Of a stretch of DNA of 64,000 nucleotides, positions 23,915 to 38,439 are shown piece by piece. The stretch is taken from assembly GCF_009914755.1 (NCBI RefSeq), contig NC_060927.1. One strand, written 5' to 3'. The stretch's first letter is position 1. Each line of letters starts with the position of its first letter. This DNA is from the human T2T-CHM13v2.0 reference genome, Homo sapiens. The notes under the pieces were generated by a model. The model did no database searches, had not been told where the DNA came from, and saw only the letters and a list, made by a program, of their open reading frames with translations. The position numbers and the translations under genes are program-made.

Positions 23915-24741
23915 TAGCTGCTACCACAGTTTTCTTTACACCTGATAGGACTTGGCTCTCCCAAGTTATTCTTGGTCCACACTTGGCCAGCACTAACAGA
24001 GCACACGTGGCAGTATTCACAAATATTAGACATATTTTAATTGGAGGTGGCAACAGGGGAGAAATATTTTTGGTTCCTTCTCACCTGTGCCTCCTTAACC
24101 TGCCCAGGGGACTGTGAAAAGAAAAAGATTCTAGAAGCACACTTTAGAAGAATTAAATGTCTTCTCAGTGATTTCTAACCTCTGTTATATAAGGATTAGG
24201 TTCTTGCAGAAGATAATAGAGGCAAAAAACTGAACAAGTCTCACAGAGAGGAAGTGGGATCACTTTTTTTATATGGAGGAGTTGTGCCAATGGACAGATT
24301 CCATTCTGGTTATGCCACTTGTGTTGATGGCCAGCCCTCTTCGGGCAGAGGGTGTGGCAGCCTGGGCCCAGGTGCCGCCAGTGTCTTGTCTTCCTCCTGT
24401 AATTCTATTACCATCACAGTCTTAACCATGAACCAGTATTTAACGTTAATTTGCGTGTATCCTTTGCCCTTTCCACAGTGCGAATTCTCAGTAGGCATTT
24501 CTTGCATAAATGAAAGAAAGAATGATCCGGCTATTAGTCATTTCTTCACTGGACTAATAGTACTTGAGTATTATGTGCTCATGGTCCCTACCCTCCAGGG
24601 TTCACAGTGTGGTTAGGGATGAAGGATGGTTACATATGTAATACAGTATTGTATGTTGTGTGGTAAAAGTGTCACAGGGGCCGGGTGCAGTGGCTCACGC
24701 CTGGAATCCCAGCACTTTGGGAGGCTGAGGTGGGCAGATCA

Positions 24742-25034
<293 letters not shown>

Positions 25035-25155
25035 CTAGTGTAGAAAGCAAAGGCATACTTAATATTCCTTTTGGCCTTTGGGGGTATATGATGACATCCA
25101 CAAAGGATGCTCAGGAGACCAGGACTTTATTTTTTATTTTTATTTATTTTTTTAA

Positions 25156-25381
<226 letters not shown>

Positions 25382-25428
25382 TGATCTGCCCGCCTCGGCC
25401 TCCCAAAGTGCTGGGATTACAGGCGTGA

Positions 25429-25665
<237 letters not shown>

Positions 25666-26155
25666 TAGCCAAGATGGTCTCGATCTCCTGACCTGGTGAT
25701 CTGCCGGCCTCAGCCTCTCAAAGTGCTGGGATTACAGGCGTGAGCCACCATGCCCGGCCTATTTTTTTTATTACTTTTTTTTGTGTGTGTTTGACAGAGT
25801 CTCACTTTGTCACGCAGGTTGTAGTGCAGTGGCACAATCTCGGCTCGCTGCAACCTCCACTTCCTGGGTTCAAGCAATTCTCATGCCTCGGCCTCCCCAG
25901 TAGCTGGGGACTACAGGCGTGCGCCACCACACACAGCTAATTTTTTTTTGTATTTTTTGTAGAGATGTGGTTTCGCCAGGCCAGGCGTGGTGGCTCACAC
26001 CTGTAACCCTATAACTTTGGGAGGATGAGGCGGGTGGATCACCTGAAGTCAGGAGTTCAAGACCAGCCTGGCCAACATAGTGAAATTCCATCTCTACTAA
26101 AAACACAAAAAATTAGCCAGGCATGGTGGCAGACGCCTGTAATCCCAGCTACTCA

Positions 26156-26341
<186 letters not shown>

Positions 26342-27529
26342 TCAGGTGATCCACCTGCCTCGGCCTCCCAAAGTGCTGGGATTATAGGCGTGAGCCACTG
26401 TACCTGGCATGAGACCTGGACTTTAGATTCACTCACATGTACATGCACACACACACAGTCATGTGCTGGGGACAAAGGTGACTGGGGTATTCTGCTGCAG
26501 GGAGATTTAGATTCCCTTCACTTGCTTCCCTATGAAGCCAGGTGGTCTTCAGAACTGTAGGACACCACTGAGGGTAAGCTACATGTGTTCCTGAATGCTG
26601 CTAGAGCTCTAGGAATTTGGATCAAGTGGGCTTGCTTTGTGGTCTCCTCTACTGGTCTTGAGGGCCACAATTACACTGGACCTGTGAGGGGCACTAAAAG
26701 TGGGTCTCCCAGGAGCCTCTGCGTCTCTTCACAGCCAAGATCAGGTCACCTGCCCTTACATTTACAACAGGTAAGGCTGGCTAGGAAAATATTCTGCCAG
26801 CCAGTTAGGGCCAACAAGTTGCCTAGCACCCCTGCCCAGTACACCACTGTCATGTCATGTCAGTCTCAATGCTTCTAGATGCAACTAACAGAATCCCCAG
26901 CAGCAATTGGCCCACCTATTTGGTGGTTCTTGTTTTTTCACATGACACGTCTGGAGTTGAGTTCTTGGGAAGGTCAAAGCTGAAAGACATCAGTTTGTTT
27001 ATCTGGGGCCTTCTAGTTCTTTGCCTTCAAAGCTCCAACGTGGCTGCCTTGCTCCCAGAATTTTGGGTACCCTCAACAACACCCACCAGTGAGAAGGGAG
27101 AGAGGAAACAAGATCCTGTTTCCTGGGATCATGGGGGCTTTCCCAGGAGCCTCTGCATCTCTTCATAGCCAAGATTAGGTCACCTGCCCCTATCTTTACA
27201 GCAGGAAAGTAGATTCTGCCAGCCAGCCAGGAGGAAGGACTTGGGAATGGCTGTTGAGTAGAGATAAGCAATGTCTCTGTACACAGCCTCTCTGAGAGGC
27301 AGTGAGAATTACACCATTTCAGGGCCAAGGCCTATGAGACCTCATTTCTTGGACAAGGACTTCTGACATTTGTCCCCCTCAGCTCCCAATCAGTCAGTGT
27401 CTGATGTGAGGCAGATACCCATTAATCTCTGTGGCTGGCTGGAGCTGGGCTTTATTTCAGTGCCCGCCCAGGTGTGTCACACCTGTATGTGAATGCATAC
27501 TCTTCCCGCTTACTTCGTGAGTGCAGTAA

Positions 27530-27902
<373 letters not shown>

Positions 27903-28393
27903 TAGCTGGGATTACAGGAGGGCACCACTATGCCCAGCTAATTTTTGTATTCTTAGTAGAGATAGGGTTTGACCATGTTGGCCAGGCTGATCTCAAACTC
28001 CTGACCTCAAATGATCCGCCCGCCTCACACTCGTCTAATTTTTGTATTTTTTGGTAGAGACAAGGTTTCACCATGTTGGCCAGGTTGGTTTTTTGGGGGG
28101 TTTTTTGTTTGTTTATTTTGAGACAGCCCAGGCTGGAGTCGCACAGGCTGGAGTGAAGTGGCACAATCTCAGTTCACTGCAGCCTTGACCCTCTGGGCTC
28201 AAGTGATTCCCCCCACCTCAGCCTCCTGAGTAGATGGGACTACAGGTACATGCAACCATGCCTGGCCCCTTGGGGAGATCTTTAGCCAGTACTTTTTACT
28301 CTATCTTATCCAAAAGTTAAAATGTAAGAGATTTATTAGACTTATCAGGCCAGGAATGCTTTTCTGAAAATAAACTTGTTTTATTTATTTTGA

Positions 28394-28814
<421 letters not shown>

Positions 28815-29397
28815 TGAGCCACCTTGCCTGGCCAGTATTTTTTTGTAGAAACAGTGTTTCGCCATGTTGCCCAGGCTGTTCTCAAACTCCTGAGCTCAAA
28901 CAATCTGCCCACCTTAGCCTCCCAAAGTGCTTGGATTATAGGTGTGAGCCACTGCACTGAGCCTGAAAATAAACTTGTTTTAAATGTTGTTTTTAGGACT
29001 ACGTTGAGTCAGAATAAGGAAGTCATTTGATCAACTGCTAATTGTGCAAGAAATGCCTGACCTAATTTTATCAGATTTAATGTTTGAAAAAAAACCCCAA
29101 AAGCAGCCCTTCTGTAAGAACTGCTGAAATGGAAGTTTCTGAACCTAGGTCAGTGGCCTAAATGCTGTATGTGTTTTCTGTGCAAGCAATGCTCTGCAGC
29201 CATTTCTGCTTTTAAAGCCAGGACTTCACATAGGCTGAATGTGATTTCTACTCTTTTACTTGTTTATTTGAGCTGCTGATTCACAATGGGGTGGGGTGGG
29301 TACCAGTCAGAGCAGCAGCAGTTGCATGGTTGAATGAAAAGAATGTGTATGTGTGAGAGTGTGTCTGTGTGTGTTGGGGGAAGACAGTGAAGTCTTA

Positions 29398-29595
<198 letters not shown>

Positions 29596-30633
29596 TCAGG
29601 AGGCTGAGGCAGGAGAATTGCTTGAACCCGGGAGACAGGTTGGAGTGAGCTGAAATTGCACCACTGCATTCCAGCCTGGGCAATAGAGCGAGACTCCCTG
29701 TCAAAAAAAAAAAAAGAAAGAAATGACTTCTAGTTGAGAGAGGAGGCATACAGCTTAAAGTCTGAGGAGAAATGTTCTCCAGCCAGGATCAGGCATACTG
29801 GGAGTTCAGAAGTTCCCTTTACTGAAGCTGAGTAATTTCAGGGGAAACCAAAAAAAGTTCCCTTCACTCGTAGTCCAAGGCATAAACTGAGATGGTGGGG
29901 GTGGCATGGGGCAAGGAGGGGTCAATCACCAGGCATCCTGGAGAGAAGTTGGAGTTTATTGGAAAGTTCTGGGTTCCTATCCTGTAGCCTAACCAGAGAG
30001 TGTGGCCTAGGCCACATTGACCCTGTACAGGAAAGGGGAGAGTTGAAGTGGGATGTCTCTTCTCACAGGTCCAGCTGGTAGAACACTGAGTAGGACCCTA
30101 GGTCCCTAGACTTTCCACTTTGGTGTCTCTGGAGGTGGGTTGTGGAACATATATTTTCACAAGTACCTGGGTGACTCCTGGGCACTGTATATTCATCTCC
30201 TGGAATAGGACCTGGTACCTCCTAGACACATGGCTTTCTAGCTTTGGTTCCAGCTGCCCCGAGACTGCAGGCAGTCCAGAAGCATGGGTTCCAGCTAACT
30301 ATTCTTTAGGAACTGTCCCTTCCCTTGGCTCCTTGCTCCAACCTTGTTCCTCCCCAGCTATTTCTCTCTGCCATCTCATCTGGAAGGATTGTGAATCTAT
30401 AGGCCTCAGGCCCAGGTCCCCTAATCTTTTTCTTGCCACTTTCCCCACGTGACCTCATCCTCTCCAGTGGCTACTGCTCCCGTGGCTAGACCATTGCCTT
30501 TCAACATTCTCTTCTTCTGCGCCTCTTGTAACTGCCTGCCCCAGATACCTCTGTCTGGATGTCTAATGCAGTATAGCTGAATCTGAACACATCCACCTAC
30601 CCCCAAAACCTGCTCCTCCTGTTGCTGACTTAG

Positions 30634-30948
<315 letters not shown>

Positions 30949-31026
30949 TAGCCAGGATGGTCTCGATCTCCTGACCTTGTCATCCGCCCACCTTGGCCTC
31001 CCAAAGTGCTGGGATTACAGGTGTGA

Positions 31027-31161
<135 letters not shown>

Positions 31162-31406
31162 TGAGTAGCTGGGATTACAGGTGCCCGCCACCACGCCCAG
31201 CTAATTATCATATTTTTAATAGAGACGTGGTTTCGCCGTGTTGGGCAGGCTCATCTCAAACTCCTGACCTCAAGCCATCAAGCCATCTGCCCACCTTGGC
31301 CTCCCAAAGTACTGGGATCACAGGTGTGAGCCACCGCACCCAGCCTCACTGTCACTTTTTCCAGGAGGCATGCATGAGCCTCCCTACTGGGCCTGGTCCT
31401 CTTCTT

Positions 31407-31735
<329 letters not shown>

Positions 31736-32574
31736 TAACTAGTGTAAGGTGCACAATTTTTTTCTTGTCTTTTTTTCCTATTCTCAAAGCACAAAACATG
31801 CTTTTTTGATAATTATATACTGTCCTTCTGACTTCTTCAGGCACCTGGCAGAGCACACGGCACAGGACTGGATTATGAATGAATGAGGGAGCAAAGTGCT
31901 TTTGGGGAAGAGACATGTAGGACATTAGGGGTCACAGGCAATCTGGGTCCACCCAGATTTACAGGTTGCTATTCTCCATTCCAGGAGTCAGATTTGAAGT
32001 CTACAAATGTCAAAAAGCCTTGGTACCATTTGAGTGGATTTTTTTTTTTTTTTTTTTTTGAGAAAGTGTCTCGCTCTGTTGCCCAGGCTAAAGTGTAATA
32101 GCGCAATCTCGGCTCACTGCAACCTCCGCCTCCCAGGTTCAGGCAATTGTCCCTGCCTCAGCCTCCAGAGTAGTTGGGATTACAGGCGCCCGACACCACA
32201 CCTGGCTAATTTTTGTATTTTTAGTAGAGACGGGGGTTTCACCATGTCGGTCAGGCTGGTCTCCAACTCCTTGCCTCAAGTGATCTGCCCTCCTCGGATT
32301 ACTTGGGATTATAAAATGCTGGGATTATAGGCGTGAGCGTCCATGAATGGCCACTCAGGAGCCTTGATTGCATTTATGAATGACTAATCTTCTTCCCCAG
32401 AAGTTAACAGTCTAGGAGGGGTACAGGGGCTAGCCATCTCAGGGCCCACAGGGCCCGGCATATGATATTCATCACAAATATTGATCTATTAATATAATAA
32501 CATTCCATTCTGGCAGGGCGCAGTGGCTCACGCCTGTAATCCCAGCACTTTGGGAGGCCTAGGCGGGCAGATCA

Positions 32575-32869
<295 letters not shown>

Positions 32870-33302
32870 TCAAAGGCTGGGGCAGAGAGAACCAGAGGGA
32901 GGTGGGCCTGTTCAGGAGTTCTCAGGATGGAGCCAGAGCAGGTCCAGAAGGCCCTACAATCCTTAGTGACCTAAGGGCAGACAAAGGGGGAAAGCAGCAG
33001 CAAAGATCACTGCTTAGGGCAAGAGGAAAAGTCCTTGAGAGTTGGTTCAGACTAAGAAGGACCTTGAGTCACGAATTTGAACACAAATGCTGGGACTCCA
33101 GAACCTCTGGTCCACAGTCAGCGGGTGAACAGCACTACCATGTCTCTGGGTACCTGTTTGCACAAGCGGAAGCTACACCCAGGCCCTGCAGTCCCCTGCA
33201 CTGCGTTAGGAAATGGCTCCAAATCTGTCTTGAAAGATTATTGCTGCTCAAGCCTGTAATCCCAGCACTTTGGGAGGCCAAGGCGGGTGGATCACGAGGT
33301 CA

Positions 33303-33537
<235 letters not shown>

Positions 33538-34573
33538 AGATTATTGGCAGCAGGGTCAACAGATGGAGAGGCTGGACCTGAGTGGTGCCCGAGAAGCAGC
33601 AGCTGGCTTCAAAGACAAGCCCTTATCCTGGGCCTGAATGTGCAATTAATTGCACGTTAAGTGTTGGGCAGGGCATAGTCAGAAGGGCCAGTTAAATTAT
33701 AGTTTTCTCACTCTTGAATATATGAGGCAGAAACTTGTAAGATCATCGTCACAGCAGATACAGGCACTTGGTAGCAACATGGAAAGATCTAGCCAGATAA
33801 CAGAATTTATAACATTGCATGAGCTTCCGTGTAAAATGGGATTGTGTGGACCTAACAATTGGAGAGGCCATGACTCCAAATGTGAGTGGGGGCTCATGTT
33901 ATTTTGTGACAGTCATTTCAGCGTGCAGCAAGTAGTCAGAAGTCTATCATTTGAGTTAGGCAGTCAACCATTGCCTTGTGTCTTTTTTGAAGTAAGGACT
34001 TTGTTGTAACTGGGTCTTGAGATGGCCCTTTGCATGTTCTGGTGAAGGCAGAAATGCAGGCCAGGAGCCAGACTTCCCACAAAGGAAAGAGTGGATCCTA
34101 CACGCTGCAGACAAAAGGACAGAAAGTTCAGACTTGGCTAGGATAAGGGAAGGAGGATTAAGTTCCCACCACTATGACAATGAGGTTAGAAAAAGTATCG
34201 CCAGGCCGGGTGCGGTGGCTCATACCTGTAATCCCAGCACTTTGGGAGGCCGAGGCGGGTGGATCACGAGGTCAGGAGATCGATACCATCCTGGCTAACA
34301 CGGTGAAACCCTGTCTCTACTAAAAATACAAAAAATTAGCCGGGCGTGGTGGCAGGCACCTGTAGTCCCAGCTACTCAGGAGGTTGAGGCAGGAGAATGG
34401 CGTGAACCCGGGAGGCGGAGCTTGCAGTGAGCCTAGATTGCGCCACTGCACTCCAGCCTGGGCAATAGAGCAAAAAACTCCGTCTCAAAAAAAAAAAAAA
34501 AAAAAGAAAAGAAAAAGAATTCCCAAATGACAATGACACAGGACATACACACAGTTCTGCTGACACCCGGCAC

Positions 34574-34579
34574 TTTATT
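34574..34579 (-). terminator. GPX1: GPX1 polyadenylation signal AATAAA
   Basis: tttatt on the plus strand about 190 nt after the stop codon, followed on the minus strand by a GT-rich downstream element (ctgtgtgtatgtcctgtgt). Confidence 0.9.
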
Positions 34580-34636
34580 AGTGGGGAAACTCGCCTTGGT
34601 CTGGCAGAGACTGGGATCAACAGGACCAGCACCCAT

Positions 34637-34721
34637 CTCGAGGTGGTATTTTCTGTAAGATCAGGTGTTCCTCCCTCGTAGGTTTAGAGGAAACACCCTC
34701 ATAGATGAAAACCCCCCCGAG
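34637..34721 (-). promoter_or_regulatory. GPX1: SECIS element (form 1) in GPX1 3'UTR
   Basis: Minus strand reads ...ttttcatct-ATGA-gggtgtttcctct-AAA-cctacgagggaggaacacct-GA-tcttacagaaaa... This has the AUGA (34702-34699) / GA (34662-34661) quartet, a helix (gggtgtttcctc/gaggaacacct) and an apical AAA. Confidence 0.95.
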
Positions 34722-34766
34722 ACAGCAGCACTGCAACTGCCAAGCAGCCGGGGTAGGAGGGGCGCC

Positions 34767-35126
34767 CTAGGCACAGCTGGGCCCTTGAGACAGCAGGGCT
34801 TCGATGTCAGGCTCGATGTCAATGGTCTGGAAGCGGCGGCTGTACCTGCGTAGGGGCACACCGTCAGGGCCCACCAGGAACTTCTCAAAGTTCCAGGCAA
34901 CATCGTTGCGACACACCGGAGACCAGGTGATGAGCTTGGGGTCGGTCATAAGCGCGGTGGCGTCGTCGCTGGGAGCTGGCAGGGCCTCCCGCAGGAAGGC
35001 GAAGAGAGGGTGCGCCCCCGCACCGTTCACCTCGCACTTCTCGAAGAGCATGAAGTTGGGCTCGAACCCACCACCAGGCCGGACGTACTTGAGGGAATTC
35101 AGAATCTCTTCGTTCTTGGCGTTCTC
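34767..35126 (-). CDS. GPX1: GPX1 exon 2 CDS (360 nt; [25 protein letters not shown]...[10 protein letters not shown]...LLSQGPSCA*)
   Basis: ctgtag|GAG acceptor, WNFEKFL catalytic motif and TAG stop at 34769-34767. Confidence 0.99.
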
Positions 35127-35405
35127 CTACAGGAGAGAAGGGCAGCTAGAACCCGGGGTCAAGAGGAGGAGAGAAACGTTCTAACCACAAACAAGGGAGA
35201 TTTTCTATGAGTCACCGGGATTTTGCCCTCCATGCGCAATCCCAAGGGCGGAGAGGAATTTCAGCAGCTACGAGCAACAGAAAGGAAACGAGAGAGTAGC
35301 CAGACTCTCCGCGCATGGAGCCGACGGCACCCACCAGCACACCGCCGGCGCCCCCAGCCACTACTGCACGTCCGCCCCCGCCCCGCCCCGCTCCGCCCGG
35401 CGCAC

Positions 35406-35651
35406 CTGATGCCCAAACTGGTTGCACGGGAAGCCGAGCACCACCAGGCCCCGGGGTCCGAGGCGCCGCTGCAGCTCGTTCATCTGGGTGTAGTCCCGGA
35501 CCGTGGTGCCTCAGAGGGACGCCACATTCTCGATAAGTAGTACCTTGCCCCGCAGGGAGCCCAGGCTCACAGGCTCCCCGCCGGCCAGCGGGCGCGCCGA
35601 GAAGGCATACACCGACTGGGCCGCCGCCGCCGCTAGCCGAGCAGCACACAT
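35406..35651 (-). CDS. GPX1: GPX1 exon 1 CDS (246 nt) with selenocysteine TGA codon 47 at 35513-35511; glutathione peroxidase 1 (201 aa with exon 2)
   Basis: [82 protein letters not shown], with donor CAG|gtgcgc and a 279-nt intron. Confidence 0.99.
35619..35633 (-). repeat. GPX1: (GCG)4GCC polyalanine tract of GPX1, Ala5 allele
   Basis: Read directly: CTA GCG GCG GCG GCG GCC CAG. Confidence 0.95.
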
Positions 35652-36280
35652 GGCGCAATTGTCCAAGAAGCCAGCGGAGCGCCCCGAACAAGCACTGTAA
35701 GGGGAGGCCAGCAGGCGCCTCCTTTTAACTGGCCGGCGGCGGGTCACGTGGCACAGGCAGTTTTCCGGGCCTGAGGGTCCCGCCTCATCCGGCCCCCGCC
35801 CTACCCGGAGGGCTCGGCCCCTCCTCAGCCAGGAAAAGGCTGGAGAGTGCGCCCGAGCGGGACGCGTGCTCCTCCTAAGCCGGAAGGAGCAGCAGGCATG
35901 TCTGGTCTGGCCCAGGCAACCAGGCGGCAGCGGTCCAGGTTACCCTTCCAAGGGCTGGGGCCCTCGAGGGCTCCGTTTTTTCTCAGAGGTTCCTGAGTTA
36001 GGATGTGGGGTTTGGCATAGGAGGCTGGTGGGCGACGGCAGCAGCTGCAGGAGCTGCCCGTGCACAAACAGCCCTCCTCTCCTGTGCCATGTTACCGGCA
36101 GTGCAGGGGACAGCCAGAGGGATCTAGGCTTCCGGTCTCCCTCCTCCCTGTCTCCAAAGCGGCACCGCCCTCGTGCGGGTTTTCTAACCGGGCAGAGTCC
36201 TGGAAGCTCTGCCCCAGCCTCCTTAAGTGGAGCCCAGTAGCTCGCCGAGGCCAAGGAAACGCTGCCGGAGTCCTCCCTCC
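35652..36280 (-). promoter_or_regulatory. GPX1: GPX1 5'UTR and CpG-island promoter (island extends through the gene body to about 34700)
   Basis: TATA-like TTAAAA at about 35723-35728, E-box CACGTG at 35745-35750 (gtcacgtggc, USF/MiT-TFE type) and GC boxes at about 35780-35800. Confidence 0.88.
35894..35913. promoter_or_regulatory. p53 response element in GPX1 promoter
   Basis: AGGCATGTCT (perfect RRRCWWGYYY) directly followed by GGTCTGGCCC (2 mismatches). GPX1 is an established p53 target. Confidence 0.75.
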
Positions 36281-36531
36281 CTGGCCTCCTCAGGCTGCAT
36301 TCACCCTACCCCCAAATCTGAACCAGAATGCGGTACAGGGTAATCATTTCCATGTTGTTGGGAGGGACCAGATTAGCTGCTGGGTGGGTGGGAGGTGGGG
36401 CACAAGCTAGTCCTTTGCACTCAACAAACCTCTCCAGGGTGAGCTAGGCCAGGAAGTCCTTGCATCCTCCTACCCCCAGCCCTGGAGAGAGCAACACAAA
36501 CAACAGGATACAGGAAGTTTAGAAAACTGCC

Positions 36532-37005
36532 TTTATTCTATTAGTAGTTGGAAAAATTAACTGGTACAGAAAAAAAGTTTAGTCAGCTGGAGAGAAGAGA
36601 GACTGAGTGCCACCCATGAGAACTGGTGGCTCCTCTGGGAGGGAACCTGGATACAGTGAGGAGAAAAGAGCACTGTGAATTAGAGCCAGACGCTTAAGTC
36701 CAGGTGAGACAGGTTATGCCATCTTCCAAAGTGTCTAATTGCCTCAGGCGTGAAACCAATTCCTATTTACTTAGCCCAGCTCCATGGGGTACTGAGATAC
36801 ATGGGGCCGAAAAGGGGTAATATGGCCATCTTTTATCAGAAAAAGTGACAAAACGGGAATTTAAAAAATGAATTTTCCATCTGACTTTATTTCCAAATAC
36901 ACTTTCTTTTTTAAAAAACCAATACACTTTCTTTGAGGATGACAGTATTAGGAAATCCAATTATACAAAAAATACTACATCTAGTCTGGGGTAGATATAT
37001 TTATT
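36532..37005 (-). terminator. RHOA: RHOA 3'UTR polyadenylation signals: AATAAA at 37005-37000, 36891-36886 and distal 36537-36532
   Basis: Three tttatt hexamers on the plus strand. The distal one is followed on the minus strand by GT-rich cctgttgtttgtgttg, and the middle one by U-rich tttttaaattcccgttttgt. Confidence 0.8.
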
Positions 37006-37581
37006 TTTGGTAACATACATTAAGTGGCACTAATTACACAGTAACTATAAGGTAACTAACATGAAACCACAGAACTGTAACTCTGCCACAGCTGCATGAA
37101 CTTGGGCTTTTCTGGTTGAGCCCATTTTCAAAAAACTGCCCACCCCAGAGCTATGCCAACAAAATCTGTTACGGAGTAAAGCCCTGAAGTGGTGACTCAC
37201 CAGAGTACCTTGCAGCTGACAGATAATAGGCAGGACATGTTAGTTATAAAGTAGTTACAGCCTAATTCACAAAAGTTACCAACTGTTTCTCTTTCTAGAA
37301 AGAAGCAAGAAGTTAAGAAATTCCTTGAATTAGCGCCTGGTGTGTCAGGTGGGAGTGCAGAGGAGGGCTGTTAGAGCAGTGTCAAAAGGACCCTGGTGGG
37401 CCAGACGGGTTGGACATCGTTAATAATCATAGTTGGCTTCTAAATACTGGTAGCAAGATGACTTCTGATTTGTAATCTTAGGTAAATTATAGATAAATGA
37501 AAAAGGCCAGTAATCATACACTAAGATTAATAAACAGCACTTCAAAATTAACCGCATAAGGGCTGTGCTTGCAGCAAGGTT

Positions 37582-37755
<174 letters not shown>

Positions 37756-37859
37756 CTAGCAAAGAAAAAAAAATAGTCCTTTTAGCTAATAGTGTGGCAT
37801 ACATATAGTAAGTAAAAAGTATTCAAATTCATCTAAAAGATTTTTTTTTCTTTTTTTGA

Positions 37860-38012
<153 letters not shown>

Positions 38013-38300
38013 TAGTAGAGATGGGGTTTCACCATTTTGGCCAGGCTGGTCTCGAACTCCTGACCAAGTGATCTGCCCACCTCGGCCTCCCAAAGTGCTG
38101 GGATACAGGCATGAGCCACTGTACCCAGCCTAAAAAAAAAAAAGACTTTCAAAAGCTGTTAAACTTGGCTGGGTGTGGTGGCTCACACCTGTAATCCCAG
38201 CACTTTGGGAGGCTGAGCTGGGCGGATCACGAGTTTAGGAGATCAAGACCATCCTGGCCAACATGGTGAAACCCCTCTTTACTAAAATACAAAAAATCAC

Positions 38301-38439
38301 CTGGGTGTGGTAGTGGGCGCCTGTAACCCCAGCTACTCAGGAGGCTGAGGCAGGGGAATCGCTTAAATCTGGGAGGCGGAGGTTGCAGTTGAGCCAAGAT
38401 CGTACCACAGCACTCCAGCCTGGCGACACAGTGAGGCTC
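38301..38439 (-). CDS. RHOA: Alu-derived alternative cassette exon of RHOA (139 nt; [47 protein letters not shown])
   Basis: Antisense Alu arm with a poly-T tract, AG acceptor and CAG|gtgatt donor, open in the RHOA frame. Agrees with my unverified recollection of an annotated 187-aa RHOA isoform. Confidence 0.6.

Noticed and set aside
33640-33655. Perfect 16-bp palindrome GTGCAATTAATTGCAC downstream of GPX1
   Set aside because: About one 8-bp-arm perfect palindrome is expected by chance in 64 kb, and there is no other support.
35212-35691. 159-aa alternative-frame ORF overlapping GPX1 exon 1 and intron, plus antisense ORFs over GPX1
   Set aside because: Non-ATG start for the 159-aa ORF and GC-rich shadow frames of a real CDS.
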